64,000 nt of DNA from an uncultured Oscillospiraceae bacterium (GTDB lineage: Bacteria > Bacillota > Clostridia > Oscillospirales > Oscillospiraceae), in the NCBI GenBank assembly GCA_934561175.1, contig CAKTFW010000004.1, positions 2,821-66,820 of the forward strand. Direction: 5' to 3'. The notes under the pieces were generated by a model. The model made no database searches, was not told the DNA's origin, and worked only from the letters and a program-made list of their open reading frames with translations. The position numbers and the translations under genes are program-made. Within the stretch, counting starts at the first letter, position 1. Every line of letters begins with the position of its first letter. Of this stretch, positions 35,991 through 45,863 are shown one piece after another.

Positions 35991-37788
35991 GCTGCTCGTT
36001 GTCCTGTGAGCGTGTTGCCTCGAAGAGGTCCATCAGAGGCTGCGCACTGATCGTCAGTTCTTGTACGGCTGCAAGAATTGCATCGCCTTCTGCATCGGTG
36101 ATTTTTCCTGGTTTGGCATGACGCACCAACCGATAGAGCTGGGTCAAATGATTCTTGATCTGCCGCTGCTGATCCTTTGGAAGTTGTTTGCCGACGGCAG
36201 CAAGCGCTTCTTCTGTTTGCGTTACAAGTACGCTGCCTTCGTTCAATGCTTCCACATTACGCTTGCGGGCATTGTCCTCCTGCTCGTACTTGGCAGCGTT
36301 TTGAATTGCTTCATTGATTTCGGAGTTCGTCATATTGGCAGAGCCGGAGATGGTAATGCTTTGCTGTTTTCCGGTAGCCAGATCGCGCGCGGAGACATTT
36401 ACAATTCCGTTTGCGTCAATATCAAAAGTGACCTCAATCTGTGGAACGCCGCGCATCGCACGCTTAATGCCGCCGAGACGGAATTTTCCCAGACTCTTGT
36501 TATCCCGTGCAAAATGCCGCTCGCCCTGAAGCACATTGACTTCGACTCCGGTTTGGAAGTTGGAAGCGGTTGTGAAGATTTTTGAATAATGAATCGGCAG
36601 TGTTGTGTTCCGGTCGATCAACCGTGTGGCGATACCGCCGACGGTTTCGATGGAGAGGGAAAGCGGTGTGACATCCAGCAGCAAAATACCGCCATCTGCA
36701 GCATTGGAGCCAATGGCAATGTCACCGCCGAGCGTACCGCCCTGAATACAGGCACCCAGTGCAACGCATTCGTCCGGATTGAGATTTTTACTTGGTTCCT
36801 TTCCGGTCAACTGGCGCACCTTGTCCTGCACGGCAGGAATCCGTGTGGAACCGCCGACTAACAGTACCATATTGAGATCGGATGCGCGCAGCCCCGCGTC
36901 AGAGAGCGCGCGTTGCACAGGCTGTGCAGTACGGTTGACGAGGGGAGCAGTCAATTCGTCAAATTTTGCGCGCGTCAGCGTAATATCCATATGCACAGGG
37001 CCGGATTTGCCGACTGCGATAAATGGAATGTTGATATTGGTGGAGGAAGCGGCTGAAAGCTCAATTTTGGCTTTCTCCGCCGCTTCGCGTACACGCTGCA
37101 TGGCGGCAAGATCCTTGTTTAGGTCGATTTTTTCCGTTTTACGAAACTCCTGCAGCAGGTAATCTGCGATCGCTTTGTCAAAGTCGTCACCGCCCAAGTG
37201 ATTATCACCGGAGGTGGCAAGTACTTCGATAACACCCTCGCCGATTTCAATGATGGATACATCGAAGGTGCCGCCGCCGAGGTCAAATACCATGATCTTC
37301 TGCGGTGTTCCATGATCCAGGCCATAAGCCAATGCGGCGGCAGTCGGCTCGTTGATAATTCGGCGAACCTCCAGCCCGGCAATTTTGCCGGCGTCCTTCG
37401 TGGCCTGCCGCTGTGCGTCGGAAAAATAGGCCGGGACAGTAATAACAGCTTCTGTAACGGGCTCGCCGAGATACGCCTCTGCATCGCGCTTCAGCTGGCG
37501 CAGAATGGCTGCCGAAATTTCCTGCGGCAGCATTTTCTTGCCGTCGATTGTGACGCGGAAATCGGTTCCCATTTCCCGTTTGATCGAGCAAATCGTTCGT
37601 TCTGCGTTGGTGACGGCTTGCCGTTTTGCCTGCGCACCGACAAGCCGCTCGCCGATTTTCGTAAATGCAACGACAGATGGCGTGGTTCTGCCGCCTTCTG
37701 CATTTGGAATAATGGTGGGTTTTCCACCCTCCAACACTGCGACACAGCTGTTTGTGGTGCCGAGATCAATTCCAATGATTTTTCCCAT
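35983..37788 (-). CDS. Hsp70-family chaperone, DnaK paralog outside a canonical hrcA-grpE-dnaK-dnaJ operon
   Basis: [33 protein letters not shown], and [13 protein letters not shown]...[14 protein letters not shown]. 601 aa. Confidence 0.92.
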   Translation of the reverse strand: MGKIIGIDLGTTNSCVAVLEGGKPTIIPNAEGGRTTPSVVAFTKIGERLVGAQAKRQAVTNAERTICSIKREMGTDFRVTIDGKKMLPQEISAAILRQLKRDAEAYLGEPVTEAVITVPAYFSDAQRQATKDAGKIAGLEVRRIINEPTAAALAYGLDHGTPQKIMVFDLGGGTFDVSIIEIGEGVIEVLATSGDNHLGGDDFDKAIADYLLQEFRKTEKIDLNKDLAAMQRVREAAEKAKIELSAASSTNINIPFIAVGKSGPVHMDITLTRAKFDELTAPLVNRTAQPVQRALSDAGLRASDLNMVLLVGGSTRIPAVQDKVRQLTGKEPSKNLNPDECVALGACIQGGTLGGDIAIGSNAADGGILLLDVTPLSLSIETVGGIATRLIDRNTTLPIHYSKIFTTASNFQTGVEVNVLQGERHFARDNKSLGKFRLGGIKRAMRGVPQIEVTFDIDANGIVNVSARDLATGKQQSITISGSANMTNSEINEAIQNAAKYEQEDNARKRNVEALNEGSVLVTQTEEALAAVGKQLPKDQQRQIKNHLTQLYRLVRHAKPGKITDAEGDAILAAVQELTISAQPLMDLFEATRSQDNEQHG

Positions 37789-37814
37789 ATCTGGTGTCCT
37801 CCCGAAGAATCAAC

Positions 37815-38528
37815 TCAACAACGGCAAAATGGACTGCATAGACATTGTGCGGCATAACAACCTATGCACAGTGTGCACATAGAATAGGGTGTTGCCACAA
37901 AGGTATGGAATCCACCGTTTTGCTGATAGAATTCGCTGCCACTCTGCATCCGGCGTTTTGCCTGCTCATATTCCAGATTGTCCGGATCCATCCGAATTGC
38001 GGTATCCATCATCTGCATAGCCTGAATTCGGTTGCCGAGGCCATAATTTGCAAGCGCGCTCAAATAATACCACTCTGCCGTCCGGTCTGCAGCTGTAATG
38101 GAATTCAACACATTGACTGCATCCGCATAAGAGCCGAGATTGACAAAATGGCGTGCAGCCTGATATTCTGCGGGGCCTTCCTGTTCGCGCTGCTGATACC
38201 GGCTGTAGTTCTGCTGATAGCCGCCAAAGCCGAAATTGCGGAAGAAATCCTCATAAGGATCACCAGAGGAACTGCTCTGTCCATAATCGCTTTGCCCATA
38301 GCTGTTTTGACTGGAACCGCTGTAATATCCGGATGCGGTCTGTGCCTTTTGCGGATTCTTGATCTGCTCATAAGCGGCATTGATTTCATTCATCTTTTTT
38401 GCTGCTTCTGCATCGCCAGGGTGCATATCAGGGTGGTACTGCTTGGCAAGCTTGCGGTATGCTTTTTTGATGTCCTCATCCGAGGCATTTCGGGAAACGC
38501 CGAGTACTTCGTAGGGATCTTTTGTCAT
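37815..38528 (-). CDS. J-domain protein with G/S/Y/Q-rich linker, TPR-like region and Cys-rich C-terminal tail
   Basis: [34 protein letters not shown]-like helices. The tail [20 protein letters not shown] has 8 Cys in 20 aa. The ATG overlaps the upstream gene's stop (ATGA). Confidence 0.85.
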   Translation of the reverse strand: MTKDPYEVLGVSRNASDEDIKKAYRKLAKQYHPDMHPGDAEAAKKMNEINAAYEQIKNPQKAQTASGYYSGSSQNSYGQSDYGQSSSSGDPYEDFFRNFGFGGYQQNYSRYQQREQEGPAEYQAARHFVNLGSYADAVNVLNSITAADRTAEWYYLSALANYGLGNRIQAMQMMDTAIRMDPDNLEYEQAKRRMQSGSEFYQQNGGFHTFVATPYSMCTLCIGCYAAQCLCSPFCRC

Positions 38529-39361
38529 TGATAACCATCCTTCTTGTCCTGCTGCAGGGCAGTGTAGAGTTTTGTCCACACTCCGGTGTACAAAATGTTG
38601 CGGAGAATTTCCACATCCTGTACCAGCGGGAGTTTTTCAAATGCTGTGGTGCATTCACTGATCAGCATTGTTAAAATCTGAATAAAATCTTCTGTTGTTT
38701 GGCCGCTGTCCGCGAGCGCAATCATTGGGTTGTAATTGCCGGAGCGCCGGTCGCCATCAAGATCCATTACGGCGTCCATCACATAGATAAACCGACCCAA
38801 TGCGGCGCCGACTTGCCGAAGGGTTGGCGCCCATATGTCTTCCTTTACTACGAAAAGCTCTGCCATGAGATCGCCAAAGCAATTTGCAGCAGCATCGGGG
38901 CTCGGATCCTGTGCCTGCTCAATCTGCCGCAGCCGATTCAGGCAGAATTGAATGTTGCCGCACTGGCGGGGATATTGTGCGCTGACCTGAACCATTTTTT
39001 TGTGAAGCAGTTTTGCGGCAGCCAACTTTGGCAGGCTTCGATCATCCTGCCAGTCATCCAGGCAGCTGTAGTAGACGAGCGCAACATTGAGGTCGGCAGC
39101 ATATTCTGTATATTTTGATACAGAATAGTCGTGAACATGAATGGGATGCATCAGGCAGCGCTCCTGTCCGGTCGTTGGTTCTGGCTCGTACAGAGAGTCC
39201 AGCAACATGACGAGAAAGGTCATATCATAGGTCAGTGTTGCTTCTCCAACCAGCCCATGCTGCAACCGCAGGCTTCGGCAGAGACCGCAGTAGTACTGCT
39301 TGTAGCGAGCCAACTGCGACTCGGTTAAGGAATCGCGGTGCGCAAAGACATATCCAAACAT
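38525..39361 (-). CDS. Uncharacterised alpha-helical protein, DUF5685-like (family name from memory only)
   Basis: MFGYVFAH... start preceded by GGAGG. Contains a YYCGLC motif and Asp-rich motifs (LDDWQDD, VMDLDGD). Confidence 0.7.
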   Translation of the reverse strand: MFGYVFAHRDSLTESQLARYKQYYCGLCRSLRLQHGLVGEATLTYDMTFLVMLLDSLYEPEPTTGQERCLMHPIHVHDYSVSKYTEYAADLNVALVYYSCLDDWQDDRSLPKLAAAKLLHKKMVQVSAQYPRQCGNIQFCLNRLRQIEQAQDPSPDAAANCFGDLMAELFVVKEDIWAPTLRQVGAALGRFIYVMDAVMDLDGDRRSGNYNPMIALADSGQTTEDFIQILTMLISECTTAFEKLPLVQDVEILRNILYTGVWTKLYTALQQDKKDGYQ

Positions 39362-39470
39362 GGGTGCCTCCGTTCCATTCAATCAAATACATTGTGTATG
39401 TTATGTGGCAGATATGAACTGCGTATGAATATTGTAGCAGAAAAATTGAAATTTTAAGCGGATCATACCC

Positions 39471-39516
39471 AGAAAACCGCGCCGCCCAACAAAAAAACGG
39501 GACGGCGCGGTAAAAA
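39471..39516 (-). terminator. Rho-independent terminator of gltX
   Basis: Stem accgcgccg/cggcgcggt with an inner ccc/ggg pairing and a U-tract on the minus strand. Confidence 0.65.
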
Positions 39517-39525
39517 TGGGCTTTT

Positions 39526-41010
39526 TTAATGAGAGAGTTTTTCGATGCCGGTTTGAATCCGACGGAGAGATTCTTCTTTGCCGAGCAATGCACAGATTTC
39601 AGTTGCGCCGCCCGGCGTGGACAGCTTTCCGGAAACTGCGACACGAACCGGCCAGAGAACAACACCGTTCTTGACGCCCAGCGTTGCAGCCAATTCCATG
39701 AGTGCTGTATACAGCGAATCGTTATTCCAATTCTCCAGCGCTTTGAGAACAAGAAGCGCCGCCTGGAGGGAAGCCAGGGAGTTTTCGGGTGTTGTTTTCA
39801 TTTTCTTGTGAACATAGAGACTCACATCGTAGTCCGGCAGGGCCTGAAGGAAATCGACCCGTTCCGGCAAATCGGTCAGTACCTCGCAGCGGCTCTGACA
39901 CAGTGCGGCGACGGCTTTCAAATCAATCGCAGGATTGGTGATGGTGGTTTCCAGATAGGGCCTTGCCAGCGTGTAAAACTGATCTGCAGAGAGCTTTTTC
40001 ATATACTCACCATTCATCCAGGTCAGTTTGTTAATATCGAACACAGCCGGGGATTTGGAGATTCCCTTGACATCAAAAATCTTCACAAGTTCCGCCAGCG
40101 TGAAAAGTTCCTGTTCGCCGCCGGGGCTCCATCCGCACAGCGCCACATAGTTCAGCACAGCGTCCGGAAGATAACCGCGCTTCAAAAGATCCTCAAAAGA
40201 AGGATCGCCATGACGCTTGGACATCTTGTGCTGGCTGTCACGCATTACAGGGGAGCAATGAACATAGATTGGGATTTCCCATCCAAAAGCCTGATAGAGC
40301 AGGTTGTATTTAGGGGCGGAGGAGAGGTACTCGGAGCCGCGGACAACATGGGTAATGCCCATCAGATGATCGTCAATAACATTGGCGAAGTTGTAAGTGG
40401 GAAGGCCATCTGTTTTAATCAACACATTTTCATCCAGCTCAGCGTTGGAGACAGTAATATCACCAAAAATCACATCAGAGAAAGTTGTGGTGCCTTCCTG
40501 CGGAATTTTTTGGCGGATGACATAAGGCGTTCCAGCATTCAGCTTTGCTTGGATTTCGGCTTCAGACAGCGCAGCACAGACGCATTGGTGCTTTTTGATA
40601 GTGTCACCGTTTGGAAGCGTCACATGGACGACGCCTTCTTCCTCTTTGCAGAAGCAGCGATAAGCGCCGCCTTTCTGAATCAGAAGATCTGCATATTTTC
40701 CGTAGAGTTCTCGCCGCTCAGTCTGAATATAGGGGCCAACCGGGCCGCCGATGTCCGGACCCTCGTCGTGCTGAAGACCACAGGTTTTCAGTGTACTATA
40801 GATAATCTCGGTTGCACCTTCGATATAGCGCTCCTGATCCGTGTCTTCAATTCGTAGAATAAAAGTACCGCCAAGATGTTTTGCAATTAAATAGGTGTAG
40901 AGTGCAGTGCGCAGATTGCCGATATGCATATAGCCGGTAGGGCTTGGGGCAAACCGCGTGCGGACGGTGCCTTTTGGAATCCGCTGTTCCATTTCCTCAA
41001 AAAAATCCAT
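39526..41010 (-). CDS. gltX: Glutamate--tRNA ligase
   Basis: RFAPSPTGYMHIGNLRTA and KMSKRHG motifs. ATG 41010 is preceded by GGGAGG. Confidence 0.95.
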   Translation of the reverse strand: MDFFEEMEQRIPKGTVRTRFAPSPTGYMHIGNLRTALYTYLIAKHLGGTFILRIEDTDQERYIEGATEIIYSTLKTCGLQHDEGPDIGGPVGPYIQTERRELYGKYADLLIQKGGAYRCFCKEEEGVVHVTLPNGDTIKKHQCVCAALSEAEIQAKLNAGTPYVIRQKIPQEGTTTFSDVIFGDITVSNAELDENVLIKTDGLPTYNFANVIDDHLMGITHVVRGSEYLSSAPKYNLLYQAFGWEIPIYVHCSPVMRDSQHKMSKRHGDPSFEDLLKRGYLPDAVLNYVALCGWSPGGEQELFTLAELVKIFDVKGISKSPAVFDINKLTWMNGEYMKKLSADQFYTLARPYLETTITNPAIDLKAVAALCQSRCEVLTDLPERVDFLQALPDYDVSLYVHKKMKTTPENSLASLQAALLVLKALENWNNDSLYTALMELAATLGVKNGVVLWPVRVAVSGKLSTPGGATEICALLGKEESLRRIQTGIEKLSH

Positions 41011-41048
41011 GGAATATCCTCCCATTCGTTTCTGTCATGATCTTTTAT

Positions 41049-41077
41049 ACTATATATTTTCTTTTTCGTCTCGTCAA
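41049..41077 (-). promoter_or_regulatory. SigA-type promoter for gltX
   Basis: On the minus strand: TTGACG, a 17 nt spacer, then TATAGT. Confidence 0.55.
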
Positions 41078-41083
41078 GATTTG

Positions 41084-41112
41084 TTGCGATGTTTGCGTAT
41101 CTGTGATAAAAT
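41084..41112 (+). promoter_or_regulatory. SigA-type promoter for trpS
   Basis: TTGCGA, a 17 nt spacer, then TAAAAT with an upstream TG (extended -10). Confidence 0.55.
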
Positions 41113-41157
41113 AACACTACACCTTTACGCATTTACGGAAAAGAGGACGATGAAATT

Positions 41158-42168
41158 ATGGATGAAAAGCCTGTCCAGAAAAAAGTAATTCTCTCCGGTA
41201 TTCAGCCCAGCGGCGCACTGACGCTTGGCTCTTACCTTGGTGCAATTAAAAACTGGGTTGCTTTGGCAGATGAATATGACTGCTATTATATGATGGCCGA
41301 TATGCACACAATTACGGTCCGCCAGGTGCCGGCGGATTTGCGTCGGCGTACACTGGAGCAGCTGGCGCAGTATGTGGCGTGCGGTCTGGATCCCAAGAAG
41401 AACACAATTTTTATTCAGAGTCATGTACCGGCACACGCACAGCTCGGCTGGGTGCTGGATTGCTATACGATGTTCGGCGAGCTTAGCCGTATGACGCAGT
41501 TTAAGGACAAATCTGCAAAGAATGCAGACAATATTAACGCAGGTCTCTTTACCTATCCAAGCTTGATGGCGGCAGATATTCTCCTTTATCAGGCGGATCT
41601 GGTCCCAGTGGGGGAGGATCAGAAACAGCATGTGGAGATCTGCCGGGATATTGCTACGCGGTTCAACGGGATCTATGGCGATGTGTTCAAGCTGCCGGAT
41701 CCCTATATTCCCAAGGTCGGTGCCCGAATCATGAGCCTGACTTCGCCTGAGAATAAGATGTCCAAGTCGGACAAGGATCCTGGCGGCTGCATTTACCTGA
41801 TGGAAAAGCCGGAGGATATTATGCGGGCTTTTAAGCGCGCAGTGACGGACTGTGATACGCAGGTGCGCTATGCACCAAAAGAAAAGCCCGGCGTCTCGAA
41901 CCTGATGCAGATTTATTCTGTTGCTACTGGTGCGGACTTTGGAGCGATTGAGCGGGAGTTTGCGGGCCGCGGCTATGGAGATTTCAAGACCGCAGTCGGC
42001 GAAGCAACCGTAGAACTCCTGCGTCCTGTGCGGGAGGAAGCCACCCGGATTATGTCCGATAAAGCCTATCTGGAGTCGATCTACCGGGAAGGGGCGGAGC
42101 ACGCGTCCTATGTGGCAAACAAGACATTGCGAAAAGTCTACAAAAAGGTTGGCTTTGTAGCACTGTAA
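41158..42168 (+). CDS. trpS: Tryptophan--tRNA ligase
   Basis: SGIQPSGALTLGSYLG, GEDQKQH, and KMSKS. Confidence 0.95.
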   Translation: MDEKPVQKKVILSGIQPSGALTLGSYLGAIKNWVALADEYDCYYMMADMHTITVRQVPADLRRRTLEQLAQYVACGLDPKKNTIFIQSHVPAHAQLGWVLDCYTMFGELSRMTQFKDKSAKNADNINAGLFTYPSLMAADILLYQADLVPVGEDQKQHVEICRDIATRFNGIYGDVFKLPDPYIPKVGARIMSLTSPENKMSKSDKDPGGCIYLMEKPEDIMRAFKRAVTDCDTQVRYAPKEKPGVSNLMQIYSVATGADFGAIEREFAGRGYGDFKTAVGEATVELLRPVREEATRIMSDKAYLESIYREGAEHASYVANKTLRKVYKKVGFVAL

Positions 42169-42186
42169 CAGAAAGGATGCGGCTCT

Positions 42187-43299
42187 GTGACTGATTTGCA
42201 ACTTGTTCTGCGCGTGCTGGCGGCGATTGCGGTGGCACTTCTCATTTCATTTCTGTCAACGCCAATTGTAAAATCGCTGGCCTATAAAATTGGTGCAATT
42301 GATGTGCCGAAGGATAACCGGAGAATGCACAAGGTGCCGATTCCGCGTTTGGGCGGTTTGGCAATTTTCCTGGGCTTTCTCCTGTCCACTTTGCTCTTTG
42401 CCGATATTGACAGGCAGATGCAGGGCATTCTGATGGGTGCGGTCATTATTGTCATTCTCGGCGTGTTGGACGACATTATGGCGCTGCCAGCGCTGCCCAA
42501 GTTTTTTGTGCAGATATTTGCTGCGGCAATTGCAGTTTACCATGGTTGTGTGATTCAATTCATTTCCAATTTCAACATTTTCTCGGATGCTTCCTTTATC
42601 GATCTGCATTGGCTCAGTGTCCCGGTTACCATCATTTGGATTGTGGCAATTACCAACGCGGTCAACTTTATTGATGGCTTGGATGGCTTGGCAGTTGGTG
42701 TTTCGGCAATTTCTGCCGGAACGCTTCTGGTGATTGCATTGATGGTGGCAGAAGGGAATATTGCGATTATTATTGCGGCGCTACTTGGTGCCTGCATCGG
42801 ATTTATTCCTTATAATTTTAATCCGGCAAAAATTTTTATGGGTGATACCGGATCCACCTTTTTGGGATTTATTTTGGCAACCCTGTCGGTACAGGGCCTG
42901 TTTAAAATGTATGCCATTATCTCGTTTGCAGTGCCATTTTTGATTTTGGGCGTCCCGATTTTTGACATTTGTTTTGCGTTTTTGCGGCGAATTGCCAAGG
43001 GACAGAACCCAATGGTAGCTGATCGCGGCCATGTTCATCACCGCCTGATTGACATGGGATTTTCACAGAAGCAGTCAGTGGCGATTACTTATTTCATTAC
43101 GGCAATTCTGGGATTGGCTGCTGTGGTGTTGACGACCTCCGGCGAATTCAAGGCGATGTTCCTGATTGCCAGCGTATTCGTGGTTGCGGCGATTGGAATG
43201 CGATTGATTTTTGGCCCGCGAAATGAGGGCATTCTGGATCAGGCGCCCCAGGAAGAAAACACGAAGGAAGAGGAGCAGACAGACCATGAACAAAGTTAA
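42187..43299 (+). CDS. tagO: Undecaprenyl-phosphate GlcNAc-1-phosphate transferase (GT4 MraY/WecA/TagO family)
   Basis: Polytopic membrane protein with NAVNFIDGLDGLA and MGDTGS motifs. Confidence 0.9.
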   Translation: MTDLQLVLRVLAAIAVALLISFLSTPIVKSLAYKIGAIDVPKDNRRMHKVPIPRLGGLAIFLGFLLSTLLFADIDRQMQGILMGAVIIVILGVLDDIMALPALPKFFVQIFAAAIAVYHGCVIQFISNFNIFSDASFIDLHWLSVPVTIIWIVAITNAVNFIDGLDGLAVGVSAISAGTLLVIALMVAEGNIAIIIAALLGACIGFIPYNFNPAKIFMGDTGSTFLGFILATLSVQGLFKMYAIISFAVPFLILGVPIFDICFAFLRRIAKGQNPMVADRGHVHHRLIDMGFSQKQSVAITYFITAILGLAAVVLTTSGEFKAMFLIASVFVVAAIGMRLIFGPRNEGILDQAPQEENTKEEEQTDHEQS

Positions 43300-44437
43300 A
43301 GTAATGTCCGTGTTTGGAACACGGCCGGAAGCAATTAAGATGGCGCCGTTGGTTAAGGAACTGGCTAGCCGTCCAGGTGTGGAAAGCCAGCTATGTGTCA
43401 CTGCACAGCACCGGCAGATGCTGGATTCAGTGCTTGATATTTTTCAGCTGCATCCGGATTTTGATCTCAATATTATGGAACCGCGCCAGACTCTGACTAC
43501 GATTACAGCGAAAGCATTGCTGGGTATGGAACATGTGATTGAAACAGCAAAACCGGATCTGATTCTGGTGCATGGCGATACGACAACGACTTTTGCCGGC
43601 GCTTTGGCGGCCTTTTATCATCAGGTTCCGATTGGTCATGTAGAGGCAGGTCTGCGCACTTGGGATCGCTATTCTCCCTTTCCGGAAGAGATGAACCGGA
43701 CGCTGGTTGGTGATATGGCAGCGCTGCATTTTTCGCCGACGGCGGCGAATGCGGAAAATCTGCGAAGAGAATCTGTGATGGGGGAAATTTTCATCACAGG
43801 CAATACGGCAATTGATGCCATGAAGACCACGGTGAAACCGGACTTTCAATTTGCAGAGCCGCTACTGAACGAATTGGACTTCGAACATCACCGGGTTGTG
43901 GTGGTGACCTGCCACCGGCGGGAAAACTATGGTGAGCCAATGCAGAACATCATGCACGCGATTCGCACCATGGTACAAACCCATCCGGATGTAGAAGTTG
44001 TCTATCCGGTGCATCTCAGCCCAGTGGTACGGGAATGTGCATTTGGAATTCTTGGCAATACGCCGCGGATTCATCTGATTGATCCGCTGGATGTGGAGCA
44101 GATGCACAATTTAATGGCGCGCTGCTATATGGTCATGACGGATTCCGGCGGTTTGCAGGAAGAAGCACCGGCGATGGGGAAACCGGTTTTGGTGCTCCGG
44201 AAGGAGACGGAGCGGCCAGAGGCGGTTGCGGCTGGAACTGCAAAGCTGGCGGGCATTGATCAGCAGACGATTCTTCAGCTGGCCTCTGAATTGTTGGAGA
44301 ACCCGGAATCTTATGCAAAAATGGCAAAAGCCGTCAACCCATATGGTGACGGCCATGCCTGTGGACGAATTGCAGATGCGATTTGCTGGCATTTTGGTTT
44401 GACACAGCAGAGACCTGCTGACTTTCAACCGCTATAA
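43286..44437 (+). CDS. mnaA: UDP-N-acetylglucosamine 2-epimerase (non-hydrolysing)
   Basis: VFGTRPEAIKMAPL, HVEAGLRT, and TDSGGLQEEAP. The start overlaps the tagO 3' end. Confidence 0.93.
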   Translation: MNKVKVMSVFGTRPEAIKMAPLVKELASRPGVESQLCVTAQHRQMLDSVLDIFQLHPDFDLNIMEPRQTLTTITAKALLGMEHVIETAKPDLILVHGDTTTTFAGALAAFYHQVPIGHVEAGLRTWDRYSPFPEEMNRTLVGDMAALHFSPTAANAENLRRESVMGEIFITGNTAIDAMKTTVKPDFQFAEPLLNELDFEHHRVVVVTCHRRENYGEPMQNIMHAIRTMVQTHPDVEVVYPVHLSPVVRECAFGILGNTPRIHLIDPLDVEQMHNLMARCYMVMTDSGGLQEEAPAMGKPVLVLRKETERPEAVAAGTAKLAGIDQQTILQLASELLENPESYAKMAKAVNPYGDGHACGRIADAICWHFGLTQQRPADFQPL

Positions 44438-44466
44438 AATCGTTATGTTGGAAAGGAGACGGCTGA

Positions 44467-45228
44467 TTGGAGCAAAAAAATGGCATTCGTATGGCTGTTA
44501 TTGTTCTGGCCGCTGCTTTCTGCATTATTGGCGTGATCGTGGCTGTATTTCTCTACCATAGCAGCACAAAAAGTGCGGCAGAGATTGTACTGCCGACAAC
44601 ACTGCCGACAGAATCGGAGGCGGATTCAGAAGGAACAGTACCTTTTCTTTCCGTTAGCCCGGACAATGTTACGGCTGTGATACAAACGCTGCAAAGGCCG
44701 GAGATTTACCGGCAGACCTTGCGTGTTACGACGCAATGGGATACGGCAAGTGCGGTCAGTACGGTTTCCGCGTGGTACGATCGCGGCCTGGCACGGCTGG
44801 ATATTACCAGACAGAATGAGACTGTTCATTATCTGGTCGGGGGACGGGCAATTTACCTTTGGTATAATACGGATTCTCAGTATTTGCACATCGATTCCAG
44901 TGCAATCTCCAAAGATGATCTGGCAATGATCCCGACCTATGAGGATGTCCAGCTGTTGGACCCTGCTGCTATCACAGATGCGCATTATGAAACCGGGGAC
45001 GATGGAGCGTATCTGACCGTCCTCTGCGCGGATGGAGATTATCAGGATCAGTACTGGATTGACCTGGATTCCGGCCTTTTAACACAGGCGGAGACTACCT
45101 ATCAGGGAAAGACGATTTATACTATGCAGCAGACGACGGTGGAAATCCTGACACAGGATCAGGTGGATTTGGCAGAACATTTCCGCCTGCCGGATCAGAG
45201 CGATCCGTTTCATGTGTTAGAAGAATAA
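44467..45228 (+). CDS. Membrane-anchored hypothetical protein
   Basis: AGGAG RBS 8 nt before TTG 44467 (ATG 44491 is an alternative start). One N-terminal TM helix and a beta-rich ectodomain. Confidence 0.6.
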   Translation: MEQKNGIRMAVIVLAAAFCIIGVIVAVFLYHSSTKSAAEIVLPTTLPTESEADSEGTVPFLSVSPDNVTAVIQTLQRPEIYRQTLRVTTQWDTASAVSTVSAWYDRGLARLDITRQNETVHYLVGGRAIYLWYNTDSQYLHIDSSAISKDDLAMIPTYEDVQLLDPAAITDAHYETGDDGAYLTVLCADGDYQDQYWIDLDSGLLTQAETTYQGKTIYTMQQTTVEILTQDQVDLAEHFRLPDQSDPFHVLEE

Positions 45229-45477
45229 AAAGGCGATGGCGGCAATTAACACGAGCAGTTCATCGCCCTCCCCATCGAGCAGCAACAGTGCTAAAATTGC
45301 AAGAACCAGCAGATCACCAGTGTCGATTGTTCCAGCAAGCGCTGGAAGCTGGGGTGTGTTCTGGCAAACAGTGGGTGTGGGCTGCGTTTCTGGAGATGGC
45401 GATTCTGGCTGTGCAGTGTCGTGAACCTGTTCGCAGCGGTAGCGCCCGTTGGCGCCTGGAATATAGCGGTTATACAT
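45217..45477 (-). CDS. Small protein with Pro-rich middle and C-terminal hydrophobic hairpin
   Basis: MYNRYIPGANGRYR... N-terminus. The C-terminus is LLVLAILALLLLDGEGDELLVLIAAIAFLFF. The start overlaps the upstream gene's end by 8 nt. Confidence 0.55.
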   Translation of the reverse strand: MYNRYIPGANGRYRCEQVHDTAQPESPSPETQPTPTVCQNTPQLPALAGTIDTGDLLVLAILALLLLDGEGDELLVLIAAIAFLFF

Positions 45478-45853
45478 CACGGCTTCCTTTCCCAATATTT
45501 AGCCCGCCGTTTCGAAGTGCCGCTTCTGCGATACCGCTCAGGCGTGCAATGCGGATTGCGCGGTCAACGGAGCTGCGGCGTGTTGGATTCAGAAATGGCC
45601 GCAGTGCATTCAACAGTGCAAGCTGACGGTCGCTGATTTTTCCGCCATCCTGCATCATAGAGGTAATGGTTTTTAAAGCGGAAGCGTCCAGCGCTGGTGC
45701 ACTTTCCACATGTGGTGCAGACTGCGACACGGCGTTATCATCGGCAGCTTGTTGTGTTGAGGCAGTGCCGAGCGTGCGGGCAATGTTCATAATTTGTTCC
45801 ATGCTATTTGGATCTGCAAGAATTGCACTTAATTTTTCTTCAATACCATCCAT
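45470..45853 (-). CDS. Hypothetical 127-aa protein
   Basis: MDGIEEKLSAILADPNSMEQIMNIA..., a low-complexity middle, and a conserved-looking C-terminal helix pair (LALLNALRPFLNPTRRSSVDRAIRIARL). Confidence 0.55.
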   Translation of the reverse strand: MDGIEEKLSAILADPNSMEQIMNIARTLGTASTQQAADDNAVSQSAPHVESAPALDASALKTITSMMQDGGKISDRQLALLNALRPFLNPTRRSSVDRAIRIARLSGIAEAALRNGGLNIGKGSRDV

Positions 45854-45863
45854 AGAAAATCCC

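Noticed and set aside
39362-39525. Looked for a CIRCE/HrcA operator or another heat-shock element upstream of the Hsp70 module.
   Set aside because: I could see no TTAGCACTC-N9-GAGTGCTAA-like inverted repeat. I could also not define a convincing -35/-10 pair, so no promoter is annotated there.
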